DNA from: a virus
Taxonomy: Duplodnaviria > Caudoviricetes
Length of the DNA: 63,048 bases
Reading direction: 5' to 3' (one strand)
IMG/VR virus record: IMGVR_UViG_3300036884_000169
Span: 1-63,048 of that record
Part shown: positions 1 through 9,581 of the stretch, piece after piece
Position numbering within the stretch: the stretch's first letter is position 1
Layout: every line of letters starts with the position of its first letter
Program-made: the position numbers and the translations under genes
The notes under the pieces: model-generated
The model's input: the letters and a program-made list of their open reading frames with translations, nothing else
Told to the model about the DNA's origin: nothing
The model's database searches: none

Positions 1-144
1 TTCTGATACCCACCTACGTTTCTCTTTTCATCAGCCCTGTCCCAATCGTGCCGGGTCGCCAGAACATACCCATGCAACAGGCGTGTAGGGCAATCTTCGA
101 GAGGGTACGGCATTATAATCCTCCTGGTTAATTAAGTTAAGTTG
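1..144. repeat. Terminal direct repeat, left copy (circular-assembly overlap)
   Basis: 1-144 matches 62905-63048 except G18 vs T62922. Confidence 0.95.
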
Positions 145-617
145 TGAGCTTCAAGCGAATCAGCTTGAACTTGTTGTTGGGCGTCGTAATCTCTGATTTT
201 AGTTCTATCGGTGCAATTTGAGTATGTTACACCAGTGTGTATGCAAGTTTCATTTTCGGTCAAAAACCTTCCACACTGATTGCACTGATAGCCTTGTTGA
301 AATCCCATCATTGGCCACATATTTTTCCTCTGTTGCCTGTCCGTGTAAATCGCCAGATTTATGCGGCTGGCAATCCGCCCAACATTGTGATAACCCGCAA
401 GCGTTAGCTTGTCGGGTTGATTACGTTGTTAGCCGCCCCATTGGAATAGCGTTCGACTGCCTCCAATCATCCTTTTCGATATTGGCGGCTTGCAGTTGTG
501 CCCGGCCCTCAAGTACACCAGCGTTGAAATGCTTTACACAATTAGGGTCGAGCGCCAGCAATTGATTTTCAGTAAAACCGCATTCATCCGCCCATTGCTG
601 AGAGTATTCTTTTCCTG

Positions 618-1397
618 TCATTTTTCTCCTCCGATTAGTTCCGTAATATTCACCCCTGCTGAACGCTCATCATCAGTTATCTGGCAATCGTCGAGGTTAC
701 CGGACAATTCAGTGCAATCTCCGGACAACCCGCTGCAATTCCCGGACAACCCACTGCAATTCCCGGACAATCTACTGCAATTCCCGGTCAATCCGGTGCA
801 ATTCCCGGACAATTCAGCGCAATTCCCGGACAATCCGCTGCAATCTCCGGTCAATCTACTGCAATTCCCGTACAATCCACTGCAATTCCCGTACAATCCA
901 CTGCAATTCCCGGACAATTCAGTGCAATTCCCGGACAATCTACTGCAATTCCCGGTCAATTCTCTGCAATTCCCGGTCAATCCGGTGCAATTCCCGTACA
1001 ATCCACTGCAATTCCCGGACAATTCAGTGCAATTCCCGGACAATTCAGTGCAATCTCCGGACAATCCGCTGCAATCTCCGGACAATCCGCTGCAATCTCC
1101 GGTCAATCCTCTGCAATCTCCGATCAATTCTCTGCAATTCCCGGACAATCTACTGCAATTCCCGGTCAATCCGGTGCAATCTCCGGACAATCCACTGCAA
1201 TTCCCGTACAATCCACTGCAATTCCCGTACAATCCACTGCAATTCCCACGCAATCCGCTGCAATTCCCGTACAATTCGCTGCAATTCCCGGACAATCCAC
1301 TGCAATTCCCGGACATTGCTGGGTTTTCCCCTTCGATTTTATTACCGCCTGTACAGTGGTAAAGACCACTCTGAGTTTGCTTTAACATCTTTTTCAT
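618..1397 (-). CDS. Cys-rich heptapeptide-repeat protein (GNCSGLS/GDCTELS, about 29 copies), probable beta-solenoid
   Basis: 21-bp tandem repeat at ~700-1315. GGAGGA precedes the ATG at 1397. Same strand as neighbouring genes. Confidence 0.8.
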   Translation of the reverse strand: MKKMLKQTQSGLYHCTGGNKIEGENPAMSGNCSGLSGNCSELYGNCSGLRGNCSGLYGNCSGLYGNCSGLSGDCTGLTGNCSRLSGNCRELIGDCRGLTGDCSGLSGDCSGLSGDCTELSGNCTELSGNCSGLYGNCTGLTGNCRELTGNCSRLSGNCTELSGNCSGLYGNCSGLYGNCSRLTGDCSGLSGNCAELSGNCTGLTGNCSRLSGNCSGLSGNCSGLSGDCTELSGNLDDCQITDDERSAGVNITELIGGEK

Positions 1398-1482
1398 TCG
1401 TTTCCTCCTATGGAATAGTGCCACGCATCGTCGATAATTTGGGCAGCTCGTTTTCTTAGGTCCATCAGGTAATCATAGGAGT

Positions 1483-2349
1483 TCATTCCGGAGCCTCCAT
1501 ACTCATAATAGTTTCTACGATATGGATATATTTATCATATTGTTTTGCATACACATTGTCCCTATGGGTTTTAATAACTTTGTCCTTAAACTCCTGTAGG
1601 GTGCCTTTGAAACACCCGCATATAACCCGCACGGTGGCCCCCACCCAGTACGTTGTTGTTTGGGCGTCCCGTGAACCCGTCACTTGGCCTGTATACCGCA
1701 TGGGATTGCTATCAAAACCCTGGCAGTACCGGCAGTCCTGGCAGCCATGGCAGTTCCGGCAGTCCTGGCAGGACCGGCAGTTCAGGCAGTCCTGGCAGTA
1801 CCGGCAGCTCTGGCAGTACCGGCAGTCCTGGCAGCCCTGGCAGCCCTGGCAGCCCTGGCAGCCCTGGCAGTACCGGCAGTTCCGGCAGTTCAGGCAGTTC
1901 CGGCAGGACCGGCAGTACCGGAAGCCCTGGCAGTCCTGGCAGTCCTGGCAGTACCGGCAGCCCTGGCAGTCCTGGCAGCCCTGGCAGTCCTGGCAGTTCC
2001 GGCAGCCCTGGCAGTTCCGGAAGCCCTGGCAGGACCGGCAGTCCTGGCAGCCCTGGCAGTCCTGGCAGTTCAGGCAGTCCTGGCAGTCCTGGCAGTCCTG
2101 GCAGCCCTGGCAGTTCAGGCAGTCCTGGCAGTCCTGGCAGTTCCGGCAGTCCTGGCAGTCCTGGCAGCCCTGGCAGTCCTGGCAGCCCTGGCAGTCCTGG
2201 CAGCCCTGGCAGTTCAGGCAGTCCTGGCAGTCCTGGCAGTCCTGGCAGTTCGTCAGAGACTTACTGAACTCAGTGACCACGGCCTCATCAATGTCGCCAG
2301 CCCAATTATTATTGTTATCGTCAACCCATCGGTCATTGATCTTTTTCAT
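1483..2349 (-). CDS. Cys-X-X tripeptide-repeat protein (CQD/CQG/CRN, about 59 copies) with a conserved phage C-terminal domain
   Basis: 9-bp repeat at ~1720-2250. The C-terminus GSR..TT.Y...V.CGCF.GTL.EF..KV..TH..N.YA..Y is a motif I recognise following repeat tracts in phage proteins. GGAGG RBS. Confidence 0.85.
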   Translation of the reverse strand: MKKINDRWVDDNNNNWAGDIDEAVVTEFSKSLTNCQDCQDCQDCLNCQGCQDCQGCQDCQGCQDCQDCRNCQDCQDCLNCQGCQDCQDCQDCLNCQDCQGCQDCRSCQGFRNCQGCRNCQDCQGCQDCQGCRYCQDCQDCQGFRYCRSCRNCLNCRNCRYCQGCQGCQGCQGCQDCRYCQSCRYCQDCLNCRSCQDCRNCHGCQDCRYCQGFDSNPMRYTGQVTGSRDAQTTTYWVGATVRVICGCFKGTLQEFKDKVIKTHRDNVYAKQYDKYIHIVETIMSMEAPE

Positions 2350-2633
2350 TCGCCCGCCTCCAATTTATCAATCTGGTCCAAGGTCCTGATTTCCTGGCAA
2401 TACTCACACCGGCAAATGTTATTCCGCTGCCGGATTGGACGCCATTTGTGCGGTTCGCCATTTGCGCATGGCAATACCCGTGCGGTGTAGGACGGAGGAT
2501 ATTCAATAGTGTAGCCAAACACCTTTTCACAGTTGGTGCACTTAATCTCATACAATTCGCATGGGTTATAAGCATCTTCTCCACTGGCTGACTGGTCATG
2601 ATCGTTGCAATACGGACAGGTTAAATCACTCAT
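2346..2633 (-). CDS. Small zinc-ribbon protein
   Basis: CPYC, CTNC and CEYC motifs. GGAGG RBS. ATGA overlaps at both ends. Confidence 0.7.
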   Translation of the reverse strand: MSDLTCPYCNDHDQSASGEDAYNPCELYEIKCTNCEKVFGYTIEYPPSYTARVLPCANGEPHKWRPIRQRNNICRCEYCQEIRTLDQIDKLEAGE

Positions 2634-3411
2634 TCTTGGCCTCCCCTGGCATTATCAAGCTTCTTTTCCCGGTAGTACTCAGCGCGACCAAGATCGTCTG
2701 GTTCGTTAGGTTCGTTAGGTTCGTTAGGTTCGTTACTGTCGGAAGCATCCGTAGTATCGTCATCATCGCCAGGAGTTTCCGGGCATCCGCTTGAATGCAG
2801 CCCACCCCAGCAATTGCATTCAGGGCAGCGTTTCATTTGTGTTTCTCCAATTGAAGCTTGAGCCGGAAAACCTGATTTTTCAGCGCAGATATTTCCGTGC
2901 CGGTCTTGGCCCTGGATGCTTTCAAAGCGCATTGGGGGCAATCCAAATAAGCGCTTGTCTCCTGGTCGTAAACCAGTCCGCATTCATCACATTTTGTCGT
3001 CATAATTGAGCCGCCTTTTCGTTTAGTTCAACGGCATACCGGTGCCAAAAATCCCCCATTTCCTGCTTATTTTCATGCCAACAGTTTATTGCAGCCCTGA
3101 TACACCAATTGGCTTTATGATACAGCTCTGTTTTACGTTTCTCTTTTCTAAAAAACATACACTATTACCCCCCTTTATGGGCGTGTGAAGTAGGCCGATC
3201 CTACCTTATTTCCGTTAGTGTCCAGCAATATTTTCATTGCGTCTTCTGCCATGAGGGAAGGGAGAACCTGCCCGGTAATTATCTGAGAGATTTCCGCTGC
3301 CTTGTCCTCATCGAAGGCGGCATTTTCACAGTTGATAACGATATGGTATGTCATTTTGATTCCTTCCTTTACCTAATAAGGCAATAATAAGCCAATTTTC
3401 GTCAATTATTA

Positions 3412-3726
3412 TTAGATTTCTTCAATGCCTGTCAAATTAAGTATGGCATTGACACTCTGGCGCTCCGCATCGTCCAAATCCTTGTAGTCCCGGATGACAC
3501 ATTGGGCCTCATCAGATAGTCCGACCATCCGGTGAAATACTGGCCCGATTTCGTCTAACGGCCCAGCAAGGAATGGTTGGCCGTCCACATAGATAGCAGT
3601 TGTATCTTCAAACTTGCTAATAGCAATCATTCCTAACTCCTGTTGAGCTTTGCAGCTCTGGCTTCCAATTTCTTTTTCTGCCCATAGGCGATAATAGTTC
3701 TGGACGTGTTGCAATACAGTGCCCAT
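3412..3726 (-). CDS. Hypothetical early protein
   Basis: ORF with GGGGAG RBS in the leftward gene run. Confidence 0.6.
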   Translation of the reverse strand: MGTVLQHVQNYYRLWAEKEIGSQSCKAQQELGMIAISKFEDTTAIYVDGQPFLAGPLDEIGPVFHRMVGLSDEAQCVIRDYKDLDDAERQSVNAILNLTGIEEI

Positions 3727-4350
3727 TCACTCCCCTTTTTTATAACGGTGTACTTTTTCATTGATTTTATTCTCCTACCCAATTATGCCATGTGTTTCCA
3801 TGTTTGGGCAGAGCAGAAAAGAAATACCTTTTTCTGGTAGTGCCTTGAGTCGTGCGGTTTCGGCCCGTAACATCATGGCGAAAGTTGTGTGGTATTTGTA
3901 TATGACAAGGCCGGTTTCAAAGTCATTCCCTGTCTGCCTGTTCTCTTCATACCACTGGACAGCCCACCCGGCACGGCTGTTGCGTATGACGTACAGCACG
4001 GCACCTTTTGCCGTAGCCAGGCGCTTCAATACAGCCATGGCCCGGCCGGCCGCCTTATTAAGCTCATTTTGTTTGTGTGTGGCATAAATCATTTTGTGCC
4101 CCGCTCCCTTTATTTTGGCAGACTGTTGATATATGCCTTGTACCATGATAGGATTCTTGTACAATCCTGCTTTTCAGCTTCTGTCTTCGGCAAGCGGCAG
4201 GATTCCTTTATATAGCGAGGGTGTGCTTCATTATGGCTTTCCCTGCGGGTGAATACGCCGATGTATGGCCAAGTGCACGGCATTTCCTTGGCCGTCAGGA
4301 TGATGATCGGTTCGGCATAGTCGGTGGTAACTTCTATACGCACTTTCATT

Positions 4351-4932
4351 TTATTCTCCTTCTTTATCCAATAACCCACACGCAGCTGCCCTGTGACTGG
4401 TTTTGGCATAATCCCGGATTTTATCAATGATTTCCGCTGCCTCCGGACTGACTATCAAACTGCATAAATGAGCTAAAACCTGCTTTATTAGTTTGTCGTC
4501 GGCCTTAAATCGCGTGCCACCACACCATAAAGGGAAGCACGAATAGTCAAAGTTTGCCCCTTGCAAGTCTGCCCCTCGCAAGTTTGCCCCTCGCAAGTTT
4601 GCCCCTTGCAAGTCTGCCCCTTGCAAGTTTGCCACCTGCAAGTCTGCCCCTTGCAAGTTTGCCCGTCGCAAGTCTGCCCCTTGCAAGTCTGCCCCTTGCA
4701 AGTCTGCCTCTTGCAAGTTTGCCTCTTGCAAGTCTGCCCCTTGCAAGTTTGCCCCTTGCAAGTTTGCCTCTTGCAAGTTTGCCTCTTGCAAGTCTGCCCC
4801 TTGCAAGTTTGCCCCTTGCAAGTTTGCCTCTTGCAAGTTTGCCTGTTCGCCTGTTTCGTTATCATCAAGCCAAAGCTTGTGATTATTGATAATTTCACTT
4901 ATCTTAAACGTGTTGATTGCTGGTCGCGCCAT
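4351..4932 (-). CDS. Pentapeptide-repeat protein (A[N/D]LQ[G/E], about 20 copies)
   Basis: 15-bp tandem repeat at ~4553-4845 with the canonical A(D/N)Lxx pattern. AGGAG RBS. Confidence 0.92.
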   Translation of the reverse strand: MARPAINTFKISEIINNHKLWLDDNETGEQANLQEANLQGANLQGADLQEANLQEANLQGANLQGADLQEANLQEADLQGADLQGADLRRANLQGADLQVANLQGADLQGANLRGANLRGADLQGANFDYSCFPLWCGGTRFKADDKLIKQVLAHLCSLIVSPEAAEIIDKIRDYAKTSHRAAACGLLDKEGE

Positions 4933-4941
4933 GATTTACTC

Positions 4942-5349
4942 CTATGGATGTACGCACAGTATATGCATATTGTCTAAGCCTAGAGCGCCACCAACCGCAG
5001 CGAGCGCATCGGACATAGCACCTTCCCCCGCGCCATCAATGGACTGCGAAAGGGTGATACCAGCGTCATTCAGGGCATTTTCCAACGCTGTTGATGGATG
5101 ATGGAAGCCGTGGCCTGAAGCCCTGCCCCCGCCAGTGAAATACTGGCCAGCATGGTGAATCCATACACAACAGTAGCACGTTGATTGTCCTGGTTGGTAG
5201 AATCGCGCTTCTATGGTCGGCTCGATTGACATGCTGCCACCCCTATTCTGTATGATGGTTTGCAGTAGCATAGCGCGAGTAAAACCCTTTTCTTTTCTGT
5301 TCTTTCCGACTGCTTGGCCTTGCCGGGCCAAGGTAATATTTGCTGTCAT
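4942..5349 (-). CDS. Conserved hypothetical phage protein
   Basis: G.G.A.G.G[FY]H..S.A...AL..AGI motif. GGGAGG RBS. Confidence 0.65.
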   Translation of the reverse strand: MTANITLARQGQAVGKNRKEKGFTRAMLLQTIIQNRGGSMSIEPTIEARFYQPGQSTCYCCVWIHHAGQYFTGGGRASGHGFHHPSTALENALNDAGITLSQSIDGAGEGAMSDALAAVGGALGLDNMHILCVHP

Positions 5350-5365
5350 GATTTATCTCCTCCCC

Positions 5366-5752
5366 TTAGTAAAAGTATACCTTGCCATCATCATCACCCA
5401 CGTATGGGCTTTCTTCGTCGCCAATCACCTTTGATGCCTCAGTAAGTTTCTCACATGCTTTTTCCATAGACTCGCCCAGGCCGTAAGCCCCGTCCCAAAA
5501 GCCTGCCCCATGTCTCCTAGAAGTCAGAAAAAAATCGTGCCCGGCTCGCGATTCGTCGTAGCGTTCGTAGAACACTTGTAGGGCATTACTGAATAATGCC
5601 TCAAACTTGGCACATGTCTTTAATTCCTTGGCTAATGATGCGCTATCAATGTCCTCAATATCATACTTTGAGTCGAGTGGCTCACCATCGTCATCATTAC
5701 TGGCCCATAGGGCACAGGTTAAATACCCTTGTGCGAAACTGTTAATTTCCAT
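5366..5752 (-). CDS. Conserved hypothetical acidic phage protein
   Basis: Y..CALWAS and AGHDFFLT...HGAGFWDG motifs, recognisable from phage early genes. Confidence 0.75.
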   Translation of the reverse strand: MEINSFAQGYLTCALWASNDDDGEPLDSKYDIEDIDSASLAKELKTCAKFEALFSNALQVFYERYDESRAGHDFFLTSRRHGAGFWDGAYGLGESMEKACEKLTEASKVIGDEESPYVGDDDGKVYFY

Positions 5753-5755
5753 GAT

Positions 5756-6007
5756 TTATTCCCTTCCTTGATATAGCCTTGGTTCTGAGTCTATTGCCTT
5801 GTGGTACATGTCCTCAAGAACATAATTCTCAAATAAATCCCACAACTCTACCCGGATTTTTTCGCCTGTCTCGTCAAAGTCTGAGCCGGGTACAATTCCT
5901 TTCAATTGCGCTAGGGCTTCCCCTTGCCAGATAGGCATTACCCGGTATTCATTTTCACCTTGTTTAGCATAGGTTATTCTATGGATAAGCATTGTTTTAG
6001 TGGTCAT
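5756..6007 (-). CDS. Hypothetical early protein
   Basis: Tightly packed ORF with AAGGA RBS. Confidence 0.6.
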   Translation of the reverse strand: MTTKTMLIHRITYAKQGENEYRVMPIWQGEALAQLKGIVPGSDFDETGEKIRVELWDLFENYVLEDMYHKAIDSEPRLYQGRE

Positions 6008-6010
6008 GAT

Positions 6011-6358
6011 TTATTCCTTTGCACTATCGCGCATGTACGCTTTGAGAATACATACACCGTCAGACAGACTGCATGCGTGAGCACCGCTCAACTGCTTATT
6101 CAGGCGGCAAATATTGAGTTTGTGCGCCAGTGTCCAGCCGTCCATTACATCCATCCAACCTTTTCTCAGGTTATTTAGGTGCCTGTCTTCTGCCAGTTTT
6201 GGCCGGATATAACCCGGAGTATAGCCATGTTGAAGGCAAAAACTTTTGCACTCAGAGTGCATAGCATCGGCAAATTGCATATAATATGCATGATGTTTTG
6301 CGGCCTTGGTTTCATCGGTGCCAGCATCATCGTAGGCCATGTATTCTTTATATGTCAT
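6011..6358 (-). CDS. Hypothetical early protein
   Basis: ORF directly downstream of the promoter/palindrome at 6370-6408. Probable start is MTYKEY. Confidence 0.6.
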   Translation of the reverse strand: MTYKEYMAYDDAGTDETKAAKHHAYYMQFADAMHSECKSFCLQHGYTPGYIRPKLAEDRHLNNLRKGWMDVMDGWTLAHKLNICRLNKQLSGAHACSLSDGVCILKAYMRDSAKE

Positions 6359-6464
6359 GATTTTCCCCTTTGCCTTATAAGGCAATAACAAACTGATTTT
6401 TCAGTCAATCTTTGAAACCTATTGCAAACCCATCAAAGTAACTTGATCCAATAATATTTGGCTA

Positions 6465-6695
6465 TCAATTTTCAATGGCGACAGGTAGCAGCCGTTTTCC
6501 GTCAATGAACCGTATTGTGGACACACCACCAGGTGTCACCCACCATGTCTGTGTGTGCTGGCCATGCCGGGCATTCACGGCGATTGCTTCACCCATAGGG
6601 ATGGTATCGTATGGGATACCATGGCTTTCCAAATTCGCAGTGATCATCGTTATTACAATGTCGCGCCCGATTGTTGGGACAGGTTTTCTGTGCAT
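6465..6695 (-). CDS. Hypothetical early protein
   Basis: GAGG RBS. Part of its sequence is duplicated at ~6845-6928. Confidence 0.5.
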   Translation of the reverse strand: MHRKPVPTIGRDIVITMITANLESHGIPYDTIPMGEAIAVNARHGQHTQTWWVTPGGVSTIRFIDGKRLLPVAIEN

Positions 6696-7063
6696 TTTAT
6701 AACCTCACTTTTATTGGTAGTAGCACGGGCCTATTAGTTTGTTACGCTATGCCGTGCTGCTATTACACTGTATCAGGCAACAAAACGATTTTTTTTCGTC
6801 AAAATAATTTCTTTTTTTCGCGCGTTGCTACGGCTATTGTGACACCCATGGGTGGTATCGTATGGGATACCATGGCTTTCCAAATTCGCAGTGATCATCG
6901 TTATTACAATGTCGCGCCCGATTGTTGGTAGTAGCACGGGCTTATTAGTTTGTTACGCTATGCCGTGCTGCTATTACACTGTATCAGGCAACAAAACGAT
7001 TTTTTTTCGTCAAAATAATTTCTTTTTCTTTGCCGCGCATTGCTACGGCTATTGTGACACCCA
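6591..7063. repeat. A-B-A-B tandem duplication carrying a promoter-like motif and a hairpin
   Basis: A is ~6591-6677 and ~6845-6928. B is ~6715-6849 and ~6926-7063. The copies are nearly identical. Confidence 0.9.
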
Positions 7064-7483
7064 TAACATTGGCAATCCAGCGCCATGCATCCAGTTCAGA
7101 TACAAAACCGGTCCGGATTATGCCGTATATGGCACCCCGATAGCCGTTAACCGTATTGTAAACTGACCCAAAACCATTATTTTTGCCCATTTTTTATCTC
7201 CCGTATATAATAGTACCGCATATAGTAATAAATAACAAGTGACAGTTACTAATTTACACAATTATTTTATAGCTGATAATTAGCAAACTATAGTTTTGGC
7301 TACATTTATGTAGTATTATGTCGGTTTATTGGCAATTGGTAACTGCCGTACATATATATACGCAATAATGCGGCCTTTTTTCGTCAAAAATATTTTTATA
7401 TTATGTTTATCGCATGGTGTAGGCAGTTTTGACGCTAAAACCGGCTTAAAACTGGCCTAAAACCAGCCCAAAATTAGATAGCT

Positions 7484-7524
7484 TGTGGATAACTTGTGGA
7501 TAACTTGTGGACAGTTGTGGATAA
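7484..7524 (-). promoter_or_regulatory. Four tandem DnaA boxes (left arm)
   Basis: TGTGGATAA at 7484, 7495 and 7516, and TGTGGACAG at 7506. The DnaA consensus is TTATCCACA. Confidence 0.85.
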
Positions 7525-7881
7525 CTTTTTATTTTTGACAAAAAATCATACGTAAATGTAGGGGAAAACAGAAAAAAAGTGCGCGGGCTTGTGAATCGGT
7601 AAATTATTATCTTACTTTAATGCTTATGGTGTATATACTTAGGTTAGTGGCCAGTGATTAGGTAATATATATAAACGTGTTTTAGCAAAAGTCATAACTT
7701 TTCGTCCCTTTTTTCGTTTTTATTTGATTAGTTAAACTGTAGTTGGTAATTGTTGTTTGTCGATTATCTTATATCGTTATTAGATATATAGATAGATGGA
7801 CAATGGGCAGTATAGCGGATAGGTGTGATTGTGTCAAACTATATTTTGGTACATATATAGGATAGTACCGATTGATAATTG

Positions 7882-8083
7882 TATACCGATCGGTATAGTA
7901 AATCAATAACTGTATACCGATCAGTATAGTGATTTGCTACGTATATAATGATAACTGTTGATTGATGAGTATACATGTATCAGTATATCTTGATACACCG
8001 TTATTGATAACTGTTGATTGATGAGTATACATATATCAGTATATCTTGATACACCGTTTCTTCGCAGTATACCGATCGGTATA
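7882..8083. repeat. Central palindromes and a ~54-bp direct repeat
   Basis: TATACCGATCGGTATA at 7882 and 8068, with a variant at 7913. TGATAACTGTTGATTGATGAGTATACAT...GATACACCGTT occurs twice in ~7948-8058. Confidence 0.9.
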
Positions 8084-8289
8084 GTAAATCAATATTTCAA
8101 AAATTATTCTTTTTTTTTAAGGAAAATGGTATAACATATATATAGATAAAGCCCAATCACTAATTACTAAGTTAAGTCTATACACCGTAGGCATTAAAGT
8201 AGGATAAAAAATTACCGATTCACAAGCCCGCGCACTTTTTTTCTGTTTTCTCCTACATTTACGTATGATTTTTTGTCAAAAATAAAAAG

Positions 8290-8330
8290 TTATCCACAGC
8301 TATCCACAAGTTATCCACAAGTTATCCACA
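8290..8330 (+). promoter_or_regulatory. Four tandem DnaA boxes (right arm)
   Basis: TTATCCACA at 8290, 8311 and 8322, and CTATCCACA at 8300. Confidence 0.85.
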
Positions 8331-8609
8331 AGCAAGCTAACATTATAAGCATATTTGGTTGATTTTTTCGCGTAACGTCTAAGAAAACCGTATGCGAGAA
8401 AAATATTTTTGACGAAAAAAGGCCGCATTATTGTGTATATATACGTACAGTAGTTACCAATTGGCGATTAACCACGGCAAAACTACGCAAATGTAGCGTA
8501 AATTATGGTTTGCTATTTGCCGGTTGAAAAATAATTGTGTAAATCGTTATTTATCGCTTGTTATTTATTATTTATAGTGCTATATTTATGCGTATAGGAG
8601 ACGAAAAGC

Positions 8610-9236
8610 ATGAAAAACACAATGTTACAGGGTTTGATCGGGCATTTTGGCAGCGCCAATGCACTACGCATCTATGCGTGCGGCACAATTATGGCCAATA
8701 ACAGTGGTGTGGCCATTGAGGAGAGCTTACGTATGACCATAGGCGCATTAAAGCGCATCAGGCGTGATAATGGATGGGGCATCATGCCGTGGGCCACGGC
8801 GGTGGAACAACTCGAAGCCGAACAGGATGAGGGCAGACACTACCGCCTGAGTCTGCCGTCACCCATAGCGATAGAGGCAGCGCGCATTGAACAGGTAAAC
8901 CAGCCGGCATATCGTAACCCGCTGGTCAAGGCCAAGGCCAAGGCTAAGGCCAAGGTCAAAGCAGCTTGTATACAAGCCATCCATACTAAGGTGCTCATGG
9001 CACAGGAGTATCATGACCAGGATATGGACACGCAAGCCATTGTAGCGGCGTGGGTTGATGAGTACTGGCAAACCATCAGTAATACCAAGCGCTGCTATCT
9101 ACACGCAGCCATCAGCGCATACAGGGCACGGGAGACTATATCTGAGGATATCCGCAAAAATATTTCAAGGCGCTATACACCCAAGGGCGTTAAGCCAATG
9201 GAGTTTCTGGAGTTATTGGCTAGATACGTCGCGTAG
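8610..9236 (+). CDS. Hypothetical protein, first gene right of the inverted repeat
   Basis: AGGAG RBS and a basic KAKAKAKAK tract. No family recognised. Confidence 0.7.
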   Translation: MKNTMLQGLIGHFGSANALRIYACGTIMANNSGVAIEESLRMTIGALKRIRRDNGWGIMPWATAVEQLEAEQDEGRHYRLSLPSPIAIEAARIEQVNQPAYRNPLVKAKAKAKAKVKAACIQAIHTKVLMAQEYHDQDMDTQAIVAAWVDEYWQTISNTKRCYLHAAISAYRARETISEDIRKNISRRYTPKGVKPMEFLELLARYVA

Positions 9237-9545
9237 TTGGTATGTAGTGTAATGGGGCTATACCGATCGGTATAGCTCCTGCCGGGGAATGTACCTCGGG
9301 GGCTGGTTTTGAGGATGCCAACGGTTAGTCACGCGCGATTTTCAAGTATTTTCACAGGTGATAAATAATAATTATCATTTCCCATCCAACAAAGTAAGGG
9401 GCAGTGAAGCAAAGTGGGAGCCGGTGCAAGCATGAACCATTTCCCATCCAGCAAAGTGGTGGCCGTGGGAAAGTGCGGGAGTAATGAAGCAAGGTGTGCA
9501 CATTCAGCAACGTTCCGCAGTAAAATTGGGGTAATCAGTTGATAT

Positions 9546-9574
9546 TTGACAACACCCAAAACAAGGGCTACGAT
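9546..9574 (+). promoter_or_regulatory. Sigma70-type promoter for the packaging genes
   Basis: TTGACA-17 nt-TACGAT, with an ATG 7 nt downstream. Confidence 0.7.
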
Positions 9575-9581
9575 ACCCCAT

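Larger units (their letters stand above)
7195..8601. repeat. Long degenerate inverted repeat; candidate origin/control region
   Basis: 7481-7662 is the near reverse complement of 8151-8333. 7195-7398 is a looser reverse complement of 8399-8601. AT-rich, with no ORF of 60 aa or more. Confidence 0.92.

Noticed and set aside
1-144. Biological direct terminal repeat
   Set aside because: It cuts through an ORF and has a 126-bp exact overlap typical of assembler circularisation. The single mismatch may be a SNP or an error.
490-2490. Long plus-strand ORFs over the repeat genes (QFPDNPL, WQS, GSP and AVL repeats)
   Set aside because: These are stop-free shadows of the 21-bp and 9-bp repeats. They run against the operon and lack convincing RBSs.
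4488-4977. Alternative-frame ORFs over the pentapeptide gene
   Set aside because: Shadows of the 15-bp repeat.
6591-8083. CRISPR array
   Set aside because: There is no regular repeat-spacer periodicity and no cas operon. The Cas4-like nuclease is a common phage replication gene.
7882-8083. Protelomerase (telRL) site of a linear phage-plasmid
   Set aside because: The palindromes are only 16 bp, and no protelomerase or Par genes were recognised.
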